64,000 bases of DNA. Source: an uncultured delta proteobacterium. GTDB lineage: Bacteria > Desulfobacterota > Syntrophia > Syntrophales > UBA5619. The translations under genes and the position numbers were made by a program. The stretch covers positions 32,001 to 96,000 of the forward strand of contig CAWFOM010000009.1 of the NCBI GenBank assembly GCA_963817385.1. The letters run 5' to 3'. The notes under the pieces were generated by a model. It was not told where the DNA came from, ran no database searches, and worked only from the letters and a program-made list of their open reading frames with translations. Positions 9,407 through 20,651 of this stretch are shown here, in pieces (position 1 is the first letter of the stretch; every line of letters starts with the position of its first letter).

Positions 9407-10483
9407 ATGGAAATAACGGTTATTGAGACCCCTCCCGACAAGAGGAAGGTGAAGCCCGCCGATGAATCGAAGCTGGGCTTCGGAAAGATCTTCAGCGATC
9501 ATTTTTTCACCATGACCTACCATACCGGACGTGGCTGGCATGATCCCCTGATCGAACCCTACCGGCCGCTCCAGCTCGATCCCACAGCCATGTGCCTCCA
9601 TTACGCCCAGGAGATCTTTGAGGGGATGAAGGCCTATCGGGGAAAAGGCGGCGCCATCTTCCTCTTCCGGCCGATGGAAAATATCCGGCGGATGAACGTC
9701 TCGGCAGAGCGCCTCTGCATGCCGCAGGTCGATGAGGAGCTTTTCTTCGAGGCGCTGAAGCGTCTGACAATTATCGAAAAGGAGTGGATCCCCCACGGCA
9801 GCGGAACCTCCCTCTACATCCGGCCGACGATGATCGCCACGGAGGCTGCCCTCGGCGTGCATCCGTCAAACGAGTACCTTTTCTTCATCATCATGGGTCC
9901 GGTAGGGGCTTACTACCCCGAGGGGTTTGGCCCGACCAAGATCTTCGTCACGGAGGAGTACTGCAGGTCCGTTCCCGGAGGAACCGGTAACTGCAAGGCC
10001 GGCGGCAACTATGCGGCAAGCCTCTATGCGGGTGAGATCGCAAAGCGTATGGGGTATACCCAGGTCCTGTGGCTCGACGCCGTCGATCGGAAATACGTGG
10101 AAGAGGTGGGGACGAGCAACATGTTCTTCGTGATCGGCGAGGAGTTGATCACCGCCCCCCTGACGGGAACGATCCTCCCCGGCATCACCCGTGATTCGGT
10201 GATCCAACTCGCAAAAAACTGGAAAGTGAAGGTTGCCGAACGGCGCCTCTCCATGGATGAAATCATGGCCGCCATAGCCAACGGGACCCTCCGGGAGGCC
10301 TTCGCCTCGGGAACTGCCGCCATCGTTTCGCCGGTCGGTCAGATCTATTACCGGGGGAAGGAGCACCTCATCGGCGGTGGTAAAACAGGCAATCTCACGG
10401 AAAGACTGTACAATGAGATACTCCAGATTCAGTACGGACAGAAGGAAGACCCCTTCGGCTGGCGGATCAAGATTGCGGATTGA
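9407..10483 (+). CDS. ilvE: Branched-chain amino acid aminotransferase
   Basis: LHYAQEIFEGMKAY, LYIRP, KAGGNYA, EEVGTSN, ILPGITR, GTAA; AAGGAG RBS before ATG 9407. Confidence 0.95.
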   Translation: MEITVIETPPDKRKVKPADESKLGFGKIFSDHFFTMTYHTGRGWHDPLIEPYRPLQLDPTAMCLHYAQEIFEGMKAYRGKGGAIFLFRPMENIRRMNVSAERLCMPQVDEELFFEALKRLTIIEKEWIPHGSGTSLYIRPTMIATEAALGVHPSNEYLFFIIMGPVGAYYPEGFGPTKIFVTEEYCRSVPGGTGNCKAGGNYAASLYAGEIAKRMGYTQVLWLDAVDRKYVEEVGTSNMFFVIGEELITAPLTGTILPGITRDSVIQLAKNWKVKVAERRLSMDEIMAAIANGTLREAFASGTAAIVSPVGQIYYRGKEHLIGGGKTGNLTERLYNEILQIQYGQKEDPFGWRIKIAD

Positions 10484-10530
10484 ACAAAAGGTCAATGGGA
10501 TATTTCTCTTGATTCGGGAACTTGGAAAGG

Positions 10531-10662
10531 GAATCCACAGGGGTGTGGAGAGGGTTGTGGACAAGACTGTGTATAACTTTCGTAACTCTTCAATTGTCAC
10601 GATTTTATACCGGTTTGCATAAGGTTTGGGCAGTAAATATGTCTATTGAAAACAATATGTTA
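10531..10662. promoter_or_regulatory. DnaA-box cluster with adjacent IHF-like site
   Basis: TGTGTATAA 10568-76 (perfect TTATNCACA on the minus strand), TGTGGACAA 10556-64, TGTGGAGAG 10544-52, GAATCCACA 10531-39, TTTGCATAA 10614-22. AAACAATATGTTA 10650-62 has 1 mismatch to WATCAANNNNTTR. Confidence 0.55.
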
Positions 10663-10731
10663 GAATTAACCACTGCTACCTCGGCCAGTTACGGTACATT
10701 TCGCGGAGGTTATAAACTTTCGGAAAAACTC

Positions 10732-11463
10732 GTGCCATTCCTGTATGGCCGGACGGATATATTTTTCGTAGGAAAATCCTCTGCCCCCGCCATCCGGGCG
10801 GCAGGGATCACCATCCTCCTGTTCGCATTCCTTTTGTTCCTCGTCCCCGTTCTCCAGGCGGCCGAACCCCCCTCCCTCGAACAGCTCTCCGCGCGGATGC
10901 AGGAGATCTATGAAAAGACCACGGATCTGAAGGCCCGCTTTATCCAGGAGGTGACGATCAAGTCCATGAAGAAGACCGAGCGGGAAGAGGGGACGGTTAC
11001 CTTTAAAAATCCGCGGATGATGCTATGGGACTACCTGAAGCCGAAGGCGAAGAAGCTGGTCATCAACGCCCAGAAGGCATGGCTGTATATCCCCGAGGAC
11101 CGCATGGTCTATGTCCAGAATGCCGAAGAGGTCTACCGATCGCGGATGGCCGTCCGATTCCTCTCCGGAATCGGCAAGCTCCCCGAGGACTTTCAGATCC
11201 GTTTCTCGAATGACAGCCCGCTCGACAAGGAAGGAAACTACCGCCTCACCCTGACGGCCAAGGAAACGGGGAGCGGCATCGACCGGCTTGATCTGACCGT
11301 CGACGGGAAGACCTTCCAGATCACCGAGTGCCGGTTCGAAGACACGTTCGGGAATGCCACCCGTCTACGCTTCAGCGACATCCGCCTGAACACGGGCGTT
11401 TCCGACAAATTATTCACCTTCAAGGCGCCGGACGGCGTCGAGATAGTCAACATGACCCCATAA
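10732..11463 (+). CDS. lolA: Outer-membrane lipoprotein carrier LolA (start uncertain)
   Basis: Signal peptide, A.FIQ, GTVTFKNPRMMLWDY, FSDIRLNTGVSDKLFTFKAP. Confidence 0.85.
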   Translation: MPFLYGRTDIFFVGKSSAPAIRAAGITILLFAFLLFLVPVLQAAEPPSLEQLSARMQEIYEKTTDLKARFIQEVTIKSMKKTEREEGTVTFKNPRMMLWDYLKPKAKKLVINAQKAWLYIPEDRMVYVQNAEEVYRSRMAVRFLSGIGKLPEDFQIRFSNDSPLDKEGNYRLTLTAKETGSGIDRLDLTVDGKTFQITECRFEDTFGNATRLRFSDIRLNTGVSDKLFTFKAPDGVEIVNMTP

Positions 11464-11489
11464 CACCTGCCGGCAGACGAAGGGACGAC

Positions 11490-13463
11490 ATGATTCGAAT
11501 CGACGTTGAACAGGCAGCTTCTTCGGACCTCGATCACGAATGGTTGGACACCGACGGCCGGGGGGGGTATGCGGCAAGCACCCTTGCGGGCTGTCATACG
11601 AGGCGATATCACGGCCTGATGGTGGCCAACCTTCTGGCGCCGGAGGGTCGGCATTGCTTGTTGTCCACGCTGGAGGATTCACTCTCGGTCGGCAACGAAG
11701 AATATTTTTTCACCAGCCATCGGTATCCCGGCGTCCTTTTTCCCCCCGGAGGATCCCTTCTGCGGGAGTTTATCCTCGACAACTGCCCCCGTTTCACCTA
11801 CCGGGCGGGCGTTCATCGCCTGCAAAAAAGCGTGATGCTTATCCGAGGCACGGGCACCCTTCTCGTTCGTTACGACCTGGACGAATCTCCCGCAAACGGC
11901 CTCCTCCGCCTGAAACCGTTCCTGGCGTATCGGGGCTATCACCATCTCGCCCACGAAAACCCCCATCTCCGCAGCCGGACGGAAGGGATCAAAAACGGCT
12001 TTACGATCACACCCTACGCGGGTATGCCCACCCTCACCATCCGGACCTCCGCGCCATCGAGATTTACCCCCTCCCCCCTCTGGTACAACCGTTTCGAATA
12101 TATCGAGGAGAGGGCGCGGGGCTTCGATTGGCAGGAGGATCTCTTCCTTCCAGGGGTCCTTGAGGTCCCTTTCGCAGCGGGGTGCACGGTGATCCTCCAG
12201 GTTTCCTGCGACTCCCCTGAGGAAGACCCGCAGGCCCTCTGGAGAGCGGAGACATCCCGACGGCGTCGGGAACAGGCGGAAGAGGAAGCGCTGGCCGGTG
12301 GCTGCACCGGTGAAGACCGGGAGCTTCTCCTCGCCCTGATTCGCGCAGGGCGTCAGTTTCTCATCAGAACCCCTTCGGGGAGACCGGCCGTCATCGCCGG
12401 CTACCCCTGGTTCGGGAGTTGGGGACGGGACACCCTGATCGCGCTCCCCGGCCTCGCCTTCTGCTCGGGTCGGATCGAAGAAGGGATCGAGATCCTCACC
12501 GAAATCGGCCGCCATGAGCGCGATGGACTCCTCCCCAACTTCTTCTCCGCGGACGGAAAACCCGAGGCCTACAATACCGTCGACAGCTCGCTTCTCTACT
12601 TCCGGGCCGTCCAGGAGCTCCTCAGGATCGCCGGCGATGCGGAGATGATCCGGAGCCGCTTCTGGCCAGTCATGAAACGGATCATCAGCCGTTTCATGGC
12701 CGGAACCCGATTCGGAATCGGGATGGACCACCGGGGACTCCTGCATGCCGGCGACGGTCTGACGGCCCTTACCTGGATGGACGCAACCGTAGGGGGAGCC
12801 CCCGTCACCCCCCGGCATGGGTATCCAGTGGAGATTAACGCCCTCTGGTACAACGCCCTGTGCTTCGCCCGCGACCTGTCGGGGAGATTCTCCGATCCCG
12901 AATGGTCCTTCGACGATCTCATTGCCCGGATCCGCCGCTCATTCCGGGAGACGTTCTGGGTCCCGGAGGGCAACTATCTGGGCGACGTTTTTCGTGACGG
13001 CGTCCTCGATGCCGCCGTCCGGCCGAATCAGCTCTTTGCCGTCTCGCTCCCCTTCTCGCCCCTCGATCCGAGAGAGCAGGCGGGCGTCGTCCGGAAGGTG
13101 CGGGAGGAGCTTCTGACCCCCTGCGGTCTGAGGACCCTCTCGCCCGCCGATCCTGCCTACCGGGGGTTCTACCGCGGGAACGGCGCCGTGCGGGATGCCG
13201 CATACCACCAGGGCACCGTCTGGCCATGGCTGCTCGGTCCCTTCGGCGAGGCCGCCCTTCACGTCGCGAAGGACCGGGGGCGGGAAAAGGAAATGCTCCG
13301 AACCACCCTCGGAAAGTTCCTTCGGAACCATCTGAGAGAGGCGGGTGTCGGCAGCGTCTCCGAAGTCTTCGACGGGAACGCCCCCCACCGGCCGGGCGGT
13401 TGCACCGCCCAGGCATGGAGCATCGCCGAACTGATCCGCCTTTTTTTGCTCCTGGGAAAGTGA
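11490..13463 (+). CDS. Glycogen debranching enzyme (amylo-alpha-1,6-glucosidase, GH133-like)
   Basis: EWL.TDGRGGYA, TRRYHGL, IAGYPWFGSWGRDT, TWMDA, YHQGTVWPWL, QAWS. Confidence 0.92.
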   Translation: MIRIDVEQAASSDLDHEWLDTDGRGGYAASTLAGCHTRRYHGLMVANLLAPEGRHCLLSTLEDSLSVGNEEYFFTSHRYPGVLFPPGGSLLREFILDNCPRFTYRAGVHRLQKSVMLIRGTGTLLVRYDLDESPANGLLRLKPFLAYRGYHHLAHENPHLRSRTEGIKNGFTITPYAGMPTLTIRTSAPSRFTPSPLWYNRFEYIEERARGFDWQEDLFLPGVLEVPFAAGCTVILQVSCDSPEEDPQALWRAETSRRRREQAEEEALAGGCTGEDRELLLALIRAGRQFLIRTPSGRPAVIAGYPWFGSWGRDTLIALPGLAFCSGRIEEGIEILTEIGRHERDGLLPNFFSADGKPEAYNTVDSSLLYFRAVQELLRIAGDAEMIRSRFWPVMKRIISRFMAGTRFGIGMDHRGLLHAGDGLTALTWMDATVGGAPVTPRHGYPVEINALWYNALCFARDLSGRFSDPEWSFDDLIARIRRSFRETFWVPEGNYLGDVFRDGVLDAAVRPNQLFAVSLPFSPLDPREQAGVVRKVREELLTPCGLRTLSPADPAYRGFYRGNGAVRDAAYHQGTVWPWLLGPFGEAALHVAKDRGREKEMLRTTLGKFLRNHLREAGVGSVSEVFDGNAPHRPGGCTAQAWSIAELIRLFLLLGK

Positions 13464-13661
13464 ACAGGGGAACATTTTTTTATTATTTGTCCCCGATGGG
13501 GGGTTTACTTTCAGGCGCCGGTATGACATGATGATATTATTAAGCCACGCGGCCGTTCCTGATCACTCAGCTTCTTTGTTAATTTCGGTGTGTCGTTCTG
13601 CCCGCCTTTCCTGACGGCTGGAGAAAGCCCTGCAGGAGGAAGGATGTAGAGAACCATGCAC

Positions 13662-14969
13662 ATGCGCATCCTCATGTTCGGATGGGAATTTCCGCCCAGG
13701 ATGAGCGGCGGCCTGGGCACGGCCTGCTTCGGCATGACAGCGGCCCTGGCCGGCCTCGGCCACCGTATTATCTTCGTTTTGCCGCAGCCGGGAGTGGCGA
13801 GTTCAGCCCCCTTTCTCGATCTCGTATCGGCATCCGATATTCCCGACTCCGCCCGCGAAGGCGAAGAGATGCAACTGCTGAGACGGCTGGCACTGCAGCC
13901 CGTCCCGTCTCTGCTTCACCCCTATCTCAACGGAGAGGGTTACCAAACCCTGTATCTTTCCGAAGAGAAACGATTCCCGGAGAGAACGAGTATCTATGGC
14001 CGCAACCTGATTGCCGAGGTGATCCGCTACGGCCTCTCCGGAGGCGCCATCGCACGGAACCACTCCTTCGATATCATCCATGCCCATGACTGGATGACGG
14101 TTCCCGCCGCCCTCTGCGCCCGCCGGATCAGCGGAAAGCCGCTCATTCTCCACATCCATTCCCTCGAGTATGACCGAAGCGGTGAGAACGTCAACCCGGA
14201 GATCCGAGAAATCGAACGGGAAGGTTTGGATCAGGCCGATCGGATCATCGCCGTCAGCCACCGGACAAAGCGGATGATTGAGGAGCGGTACGGGATCCCC
14301 CCGGGTAAGATCACCGTGGTCTACAACGCCGTAACCCGCGCGGAGGCGAGGAGCATCTATCGCCCCGAACGGCGAGGGACGCCGAGAGATCAGAAGATGG
14401 TCCTCTACCTCGGCCGGATCACCTTCCAGAAGGGGCCGGACTACTTCATCGAGGCGGCGGCCAGCGTCTTGAAGGTGTTTCCCGATGTAACCTTCGTCCT
14501 GGCCGGCGCCGGCGACATGATGGGGCAGATGATCGAACGGGTCGGCGAACTGGGTATCGGAAACCGCGTTCATTTCACGGGATTCCTCCAGGGGGAAGAG
14601 ATCGAGCGGATCTTCTCCCTGAGCGATCTCTATGTCATGCCGAGCGTCTCCGAACCCTTCGGGATCTCCCCTCTCGAGGCGATGCTGTATGATGTCCCGG
14701 TGGTCATCTCCCGCCAGTCAGGCGTCGCCGAGATCCTGAAGCATGCCTTAAAGGTCGACTTTTGGGACGTCCGGGATATCGCCGGCAAGATCATCGCCGT
14801 CCTGAAATACCCCGTTCTCGCCGGGGAGATGGCGGAAAAGGCGCGTGAGGAGCTTCGGGGGATCCGCTGGGAAACCGCCGCAGAGCGGATCACGGAGATC
14901 TATCGGAAGGCGGCGGCCCCCCCCGCAACGGGGGAAGGGCTCCGAACGGAAGAACGGAAAGACGAATAG
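13662..14969 (+). CDS. GT4-family glycosyltransferase (putative glycogen/alpha-glucan synthase)
   Basis: MFGWEFPP..SGGLG, HAHDWMT, GRITFQKGP, PSVSEPFGISPLEA. Confidence 0.9.
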   Translation: MRILMFGWEFPPRMSGGLGTACFGMTAALAGLGHRIIFVLPQPGVASSAPFLDLVSASDIPDSAREGEEMQLLRRLALQPVPSLLHPYLNGEGYQTLYLSEEKRFPERTSIYGRNLIAEVIRYGLSGGAIARNHSFDIIHAHDWMTVPAALCARRISGKPLILHIHSLEYDRSGENVNPEIREIEREGLDQADRIIAVSHRTKRMIEERYGIPPGKITVVYNAVTRAEARSIYRPERRGTPRDQKMVLYLGRITFQKGPDYFIEAAASVLKVFPDVTFVLAGAGDMMGQMIERVGELGIGNRVHFTGFLQGEEIERIFSLSDLYVMPSVSEPFGISPLEAMLYDVPVVISRQSGVAEILKHALKVDFWDVRDIAGKIIAVLKYPVLAGEMAEKAREELRGIRWETAAERITEIYRKAAAPPATGEGLRTEERKDE

Positions 14970-16169
14970 ATGCCGAGTGTCTGTCTCTATTTTCAGGTCC
15001 ATCAGCCCCGACGTCTCCGGAGGTACTCCTTCTTCGATGTCGGCCATCTTCACGAATATGATGACGAGACGGAAAACCGCCGGATCCTGGAGAGGGTCGC
15101 AGCGAAGTGTTATCTCCCCGCAAACGCCCTTCTGCTCAGCCTATTCGGGGAATATGGGGAGAAATTTCGGGTGGCTTTTTCTCTCTCGGGCGTGGTTCTC
15201 GACCAACTCGGGCGGTACCGGCCGGATGTCGTGGAGAGCTTCCAGCAGCTTGCCGCCACTCACTGCGTCGAATTTTTAAACGAGACCGACAGCCACTCCC
15301 TTGCATTTCTCTTCTCCCCACGGGAATTTCAAGAGCAGGTCCGACTGCACCGGGAGCGGATTCAGACCCTCTTCGGGCAGAACGGCCGGACCTTCCGGCA
15401 CACCGAATTGATCTATAACAACGAACTGGGGAAAGCGGTGGAGCAGATGGGCTACAACGTCATTCTTGCCGAGGGCGCCGAAAAGATCCTCGGCCGGCGA
15501 AGCCCAAACCAGCCCTACCGTCCGACCGGCTGCGGGCGGCTGAAGCTGCTCCTCAGGAACTACCGGCTTTCGGACGACGTGGCCTTTCGCTTTTCCGATC
15601 GGCATTGGCCCGAATATCCACTCACGGCCGCCAAATACGCCCACTGGCTCCACCGGATCGGACCGGAGGCGGCGGTGATCAACCTGTTTATGGATTATGA
15701 AACCTTCGGCGAACACCAGTGGGCCGAAACAGGGATCTTCGATTTTCTCCGGGCGTTCCCCGGGGAGGTCCTGCAGGACCCCGATTTTCGTTTTCTGACG
15801 CCTGCCGAGGCGGCCGAAGCCTATGAGGCGATAGACGAGATCGATACCCCCGGCTTCATCTCCTGGGCCGATGAGGAGCGGGACATGACGGCTTGGCTGG
15901 GAAACGTCATGCAGCAGGATGCCGCACGCAAGATTTACGAAATGGAGTCCGCCATCCGCCTGCAAAGCGACGAAGACCTCCTCCGGAAATGGCGTACCCT
16001 CCAGACGTCCGACCATTTTTATTACATGTGTACGAAATGGTTCGCCGACGGCGATGTCCATCGTTACTTCAACCCCTTCGAGTCTCCCTACGAGGCCTAC
16101 ATCAATTACATGAACATCCTCGATGATCTTGCAAAATCCATCACAAAGAGCCAAGGAGAAGCATCATGA
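14970..16169 (+). CDS. GH57-family alpha-amylase-like hydrolase
   Basis: YFQVHQP, KCYLPAN, ELIY, MDYETFGEHQ, SDHFYYM. Confidence 0.92.
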   Translation: MPSVCLYFQVHQPRRLRRYSFFDVGHLHEYDDETENRRILERVAAKCYLPANALLLSLFGEYGEKFRVAFSLSGVVLDQLGRYRPDVVESFQQLAATHCVEFLNETDSHSLAFLFSPREFQEQVRLHRERIQTLFGQNGRTFRHTELIYNNELGKAVEQMGYNVILAEGAEKILGRRSPNQPYRPTGCGRLKLLLRNYRLSDDVAFRFSDRHWPEYPLTAAKYAHWLHRIGPEAAVINLFMDYETFGEHQWAETGIFDFLRAFPGEVLQDPDFRFLTPAEAAEAYEAIDEIDTPGFISWADEERDMTAWLGNVMQQDAARKIYEMESAIRLQSDEDLLRKWRTLQTSDHFYYMCTKWFADGDVHRYFNPFESPYEAYINYMNILDDLAKSITKSQGEAS

Positions 16170-19100
16170 CACAGGCGCGCGATCACTACCTCTTCGAGGT
16201 GAGTTGGGAGGTGTGCAACAAAGTCGGCGGGTATCTATACGGTCATCACGAGCAAGATTCCTGAGGCAACCAGGGTCTACGGCGAGAATTACTTCCTCCT
16301 CGGCCCGGACCTCAAAACCAATCCCGATTTCGAGGAGACGGACGAAGAGTGCTGGAGTCATATCCGGGAGACGGTCGCCATCAAGGAGATCCCGTGCCGC
16401 TTCGGCAGATGGAAGGTCCCCGGCGAACCCAAGGCGATTCTGGTGAGCTTCGGGAAAAAGTATGACAAAGACCAGCTCCTCTTCCGGATCTGGGAGGATT
16501 ACGGCGTCGACTCCATCGCCGGGGGGTGGGACTATGTGGAGCCGATCATGTTCAGCTATGCGGCAAGCGAGGTGATCGAGACCGCCTACCATCTCCTCGC
16601 GAAACCCCGGGGGATGGGCGCCGTCGCCCAGTTCCACGAGTGGATGACGGGGGCGGGTCTCCTCGGCCTGAAAAAACGGTGCCCGGAGATCGGAACCGTC
16701 TTTACCACGCACGCGACGATGCTCGGGAGGACCCTCTCCTCATCCGGGATGGACATCTACACGGCGATGGACCATATCTCGCCCCAGCGAGAGGCGAGCG
16801 CCCACAACATTACGGCCAAATGCTCGATGGAAACGGCGTCGGCCCGCGAGGCGGACTGCTTCACGACGGTGAGCGAGATCACGGCCCGCGAGGCGAAGAA
16901 CTTCCTCGGCCGGGAGCCGGATGTGATCACCGTAAACGGCCTCGACATGGAGAATATCCCCGATCTCGCGGCGGACCGTGCCCCCGCCCTCCGGTCCCGG
17001 GAGAAGCTCCTCGCCGCCGCCGCCCGATTCCTTCGCCGGGATCTGCCCGCCGACACCCGGATCATGGTCATCTCGGGGCGCGGTGAATTCCACAATAAGG
17101 GGGTCGGCCTCTTCCTCGAGGCCCTCGGCAGCCTGAACGCGGAGATGGCAGAGAACCAGACGATCCTCGCCTTTCTCTTCGTCCTCGGAGGATACACGGA
17201 CCTGATCCCCTGTCTCAAGAGCGACGCCTTCAAGCCTGACCCGGCGAATCCGCCCATCGCCACCCACCGGCTGCAGAACGAGGCCTCCGATCCCATCCTC
17301 CAGACATGCGAGCGTCTCGGTCTCAAAAATTTCCCCCAGAACCGGGTCCAGGTCATCTTTGTCCCCGCCTATCTGAACGGTCACGACGGCTTCCTCAACA
17401 TGACCTACTACGATGCGCTTGCCGGGTGCGATCTCGGGGTCTTCCCCTCCTACTACGAACCCTGGGGCTATACGCCTCTCGAGAGCGCCGCGTACGCCGT
17501 GCCGACCGTCACCACCGACCAGGCCGGCTTCGGCCTCTGGGCGCAGAAGGCGGCGGGCGATTGCAACGGGATCATCCTCGTCAAGCGCCTGGGACAGCCC
17601 GAGGAGGTGATCACCGACCGTCTCTCCGCAATCTTCCGGGATTTTCTCGCTCTTGAGGAGGCGGATCTGCAGTGCATGCGCGTAAATGCCCGTGCAGCGG
17701 CCAACCGGGCGAACTGGAAGGAGTTCTTCCGGAACTACGAGGAGGCGTATGACCTCGCCCTGGCGGCATCCCGGATCCGGGCGGAAAAGCGCACCGCGGA
17801 GGATCTCAAGACCGAACTGAAACACGTCTTCGCCGGAACGGTCTCCGTTTCACCCCACTTCCGGACCTTCACGGCGGTGGCCAACCTCCCGGCGAAGATC
17901 TCCCGGCTCCGGGAGCTCGCCTACAACCTCTGGTGGACCTGGAATCCCCGCGCCCGGGAACTCTTCTCGGCCCTGGACTCCAAACTCTGGGCACGGATGG
18001 GCAACAATCCGGTCCGGATGCTGGAGACCGTCTCCAACGACCGGCTGCAGGAGGCATCGAAGAACACGAGCTACATCAGTCTCTACGGCCAGATCTTTCA
18101 GCAGTTCGATGACTACATGGGCGATAAGACCCCCTCCCCGCAAATCGGGCCGCCCAACGGCATCAAATGGTCGCAGCCGGTCGCCTATTTTTCGACCGAA
18201 TACGGACTGCACGAGAGCCTGCCCATCTATTCCGGCGGTCTCGGCACGCTCTCCGGCGACCACCTGAAGACGGCGAGCGATCTGAACGTTCCCCTGGTCG
18301 GCGTCGGCCTCCTTTACAAGAACGGGTTTTTCAAACAGGTCATAGACAAAAACGGCACCCAGATTGCGGAGTATCCGGAGAACGATTTCTCCAGCATGCC
18401 GGTGCAGATCGTCCAGGACGACCGGGGAGACGCCGTGCAGATCTCCCTGGACCTGCCCGGAAGAACCCTCTTCGCCAACATCTGGGAGGTCCATGTGGGG
18501 CGCGTCTCGCTTTACCTCCTGGACACCGATTTCCCGCGGAACACGCCCCAGGACAGGAAAATCACGGAGCGCCTCTACTGCGCCGAACCGCGGACGAGGA
18601 TCGAACAGGAGATCCTCCTGGGAATGGGGGGGATCCGGATCCTGAAACGGCTGGGGATCCGCCCCCGCGTCTACCACATCAACGAGGGGCACTCGGCCTT
18701 TCTTCTGTTCGAGCGGATCGGCTCCCTGATGACGGATGAGGGGCTCTCCTTCGATGAGGCGAGCGAAGTCGTCCGCGGAAGCACGGTCTTTACGACCCAT
18801 ACCCCGGTGGAGGCGGGAAATGAGCGGTTCAGCAAAGAGTTGATCGAACACTACTTCGCGAATTTCGTGAAGTGGACCGGGATCTCCTGGTCCCAGTTCT
18901 GGGAGATGGGCAGGAAGGAGAGCGGGGAGGGAAAACCGTTCTTCATGACGATCCTGGCCCTCAAGATGGCCCACAAGAGCAACGCCGTGAGCCGCCTCCA
19001 CGGGCAGGTCTCCCGGCGGATGTGGCGGGAGGTCTGGAAGGGATTCGACGAGACGGATATCCCCATCTCTCATGTCACGAACGGCGCCCATGTGCTCTCC

Positions 19101-20423
19101 TACATCGCCCCCCGGATGAAGGAGCTCCTCGACACCTATCTCGGCATGGACTGGGACCGGCACATCAGCGATCCCGAACGCTGGGCGCGCCTCCAGGACA
19201 TCCCCGACACCGTCCTGTGGCGGACGCGATACGAGATGAGGCAGAAGATGATCGACTTCCTCCGGGAGGATCTTTCCCGAAACTGGATGAAGTTCGGCTA
19301 CTCGAAAACCTGGCAGGAGGAGCTCTTCTCCCGGATCAATCCGGCGGCCCTGATGATCGGCTTTGCCCGGCGCTTCGCCCCGTACAAGCGGGCGGACATG
19401 ATCCTCTCGGATCTCGATCGCCTGGATAGGATCCTGAACCATCCCACCCGGCCGGTCCACATCATCTTTGCCGGCAAAGCCCATCCGAACGACGAGATGG
19501 GGAAGGATCTGATCCGGAAGGTCATCGGTGTCTGCAAAGAAGAGCGGTTCCGGGGCAAGATCTTCTTCGTCGAGGGGTACGACATCCGGGTTGCCCGCCA
19601 CCTCGTCCAGGGGGTCGACGTCTGGCTGAACACCCCCCGACGCCCCCTCGAGGCGAGCGGCACGAGCGGCGAGAAGGTGGTCGCCAACGGCGTCCTTAAC
19701 CTCAGCATCTCCGACGGGTGGTGGGTCGAGGGGTATGACGGCACAAACGGATGGACCGTCGGACCCGTCGTCAAAGGGTATGCCGAAGAGACGGAAAACG
19801 CTGACGAGGAAGACAGCCGGTCCCTGTATACGCTTCTGGAAAACAGCGTGATCCCGCTCTTCTACGACCGCGAGATGTCCGGGCTCCCCGAGAAGTGGCT
19901 CGCCATGATCAAGCGGTCGATGCAGACCCTGGTTCCCCGTTTCAACACGGAAAGGATGCTCATCGATTACTACCGCGACCTCTACCTGCCGACCGCACGG
20001 CGGGAGCACGAACTCTATAGTGAATCCTACCGGATGGCCAGGGAGCTCGCGGACTGGAAGCGGAAGCTCCCCATGCGCTTCTCTTCGCTGCGCCTCCTGG
20101 ACGTCAGCGTCGAAGGGATTCGCGGCGACACCATACGTGTGGAGAGTCCGTTTACCGTCACGGTCCGGATCGATCCCGGAAAGATGGAACCGCAGGAGGT
20201 GCTTGCGGAACTGATCATCGGAAAGAAGGAGGGCCTCGGCTTCGCCGATCCGCCGGAGTGCGTCCCGCTCAAGATCGCCGGCCGGGCGGCAGACGGGATA
20301 CTCACCTTCTCCGTCTCCTATACGGTCCGGCAGAATGGCGCCTATGCCTACGGCATCCGCGCTTTGCCGTATCATCCGCACCTCGCCACGAAGGAGGAGA
20401 CGTCTCTGGTGTACTGGGGGTGA
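16166..20423 (+). CDS. glgP: GT3 glycogen synthase-like domain fused to alpha-glucan phosphorylase (GT35); +1 frameshift at about 16229-16232
   Basis: ATG 16166 reads MTQARDHYLFEVSWEVCNKVGG, then after one extra base IYTVITSK, joining ORF 16443-20423. GT3 motifs HEW, FTTHAT, NKG and FPSYYEPWGYTP; phosphorylase motifs YSGGLG, NEGH, FARRFAPYKR and EASGTSG.K. Confidence 0.88.
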
Positions 20424-20519
20424 CGGCACGCAGCTCAGGTGTTCGCATCTCCGGGAGGGGACGCGGATAGGCTTTCGTCCGGTCGTGGGGCAGCGCCGCA
20501 TCCTGGTTAAAAAAATGTG

Positions 20520-20548
20520 TTGACATGCCGGATTGTTCTTCGTATCCT
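20520..20548 (+). promoter_or_regulatory. Sigma70-type promoter for the MORN gene
   Basis: TTGACA-N17-TATCCT. Confidence 0.55.
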
Positions 20549-20651
20549 TCAGGCGTATGAAAGCAAGCTTTTATCAGCAGTTAATGCATTTCACCTCTAT
20601 GATGAATCCAAATCGCGTCCAGTGACTTCGGTACTGGGGTGAGGGAGAGAC

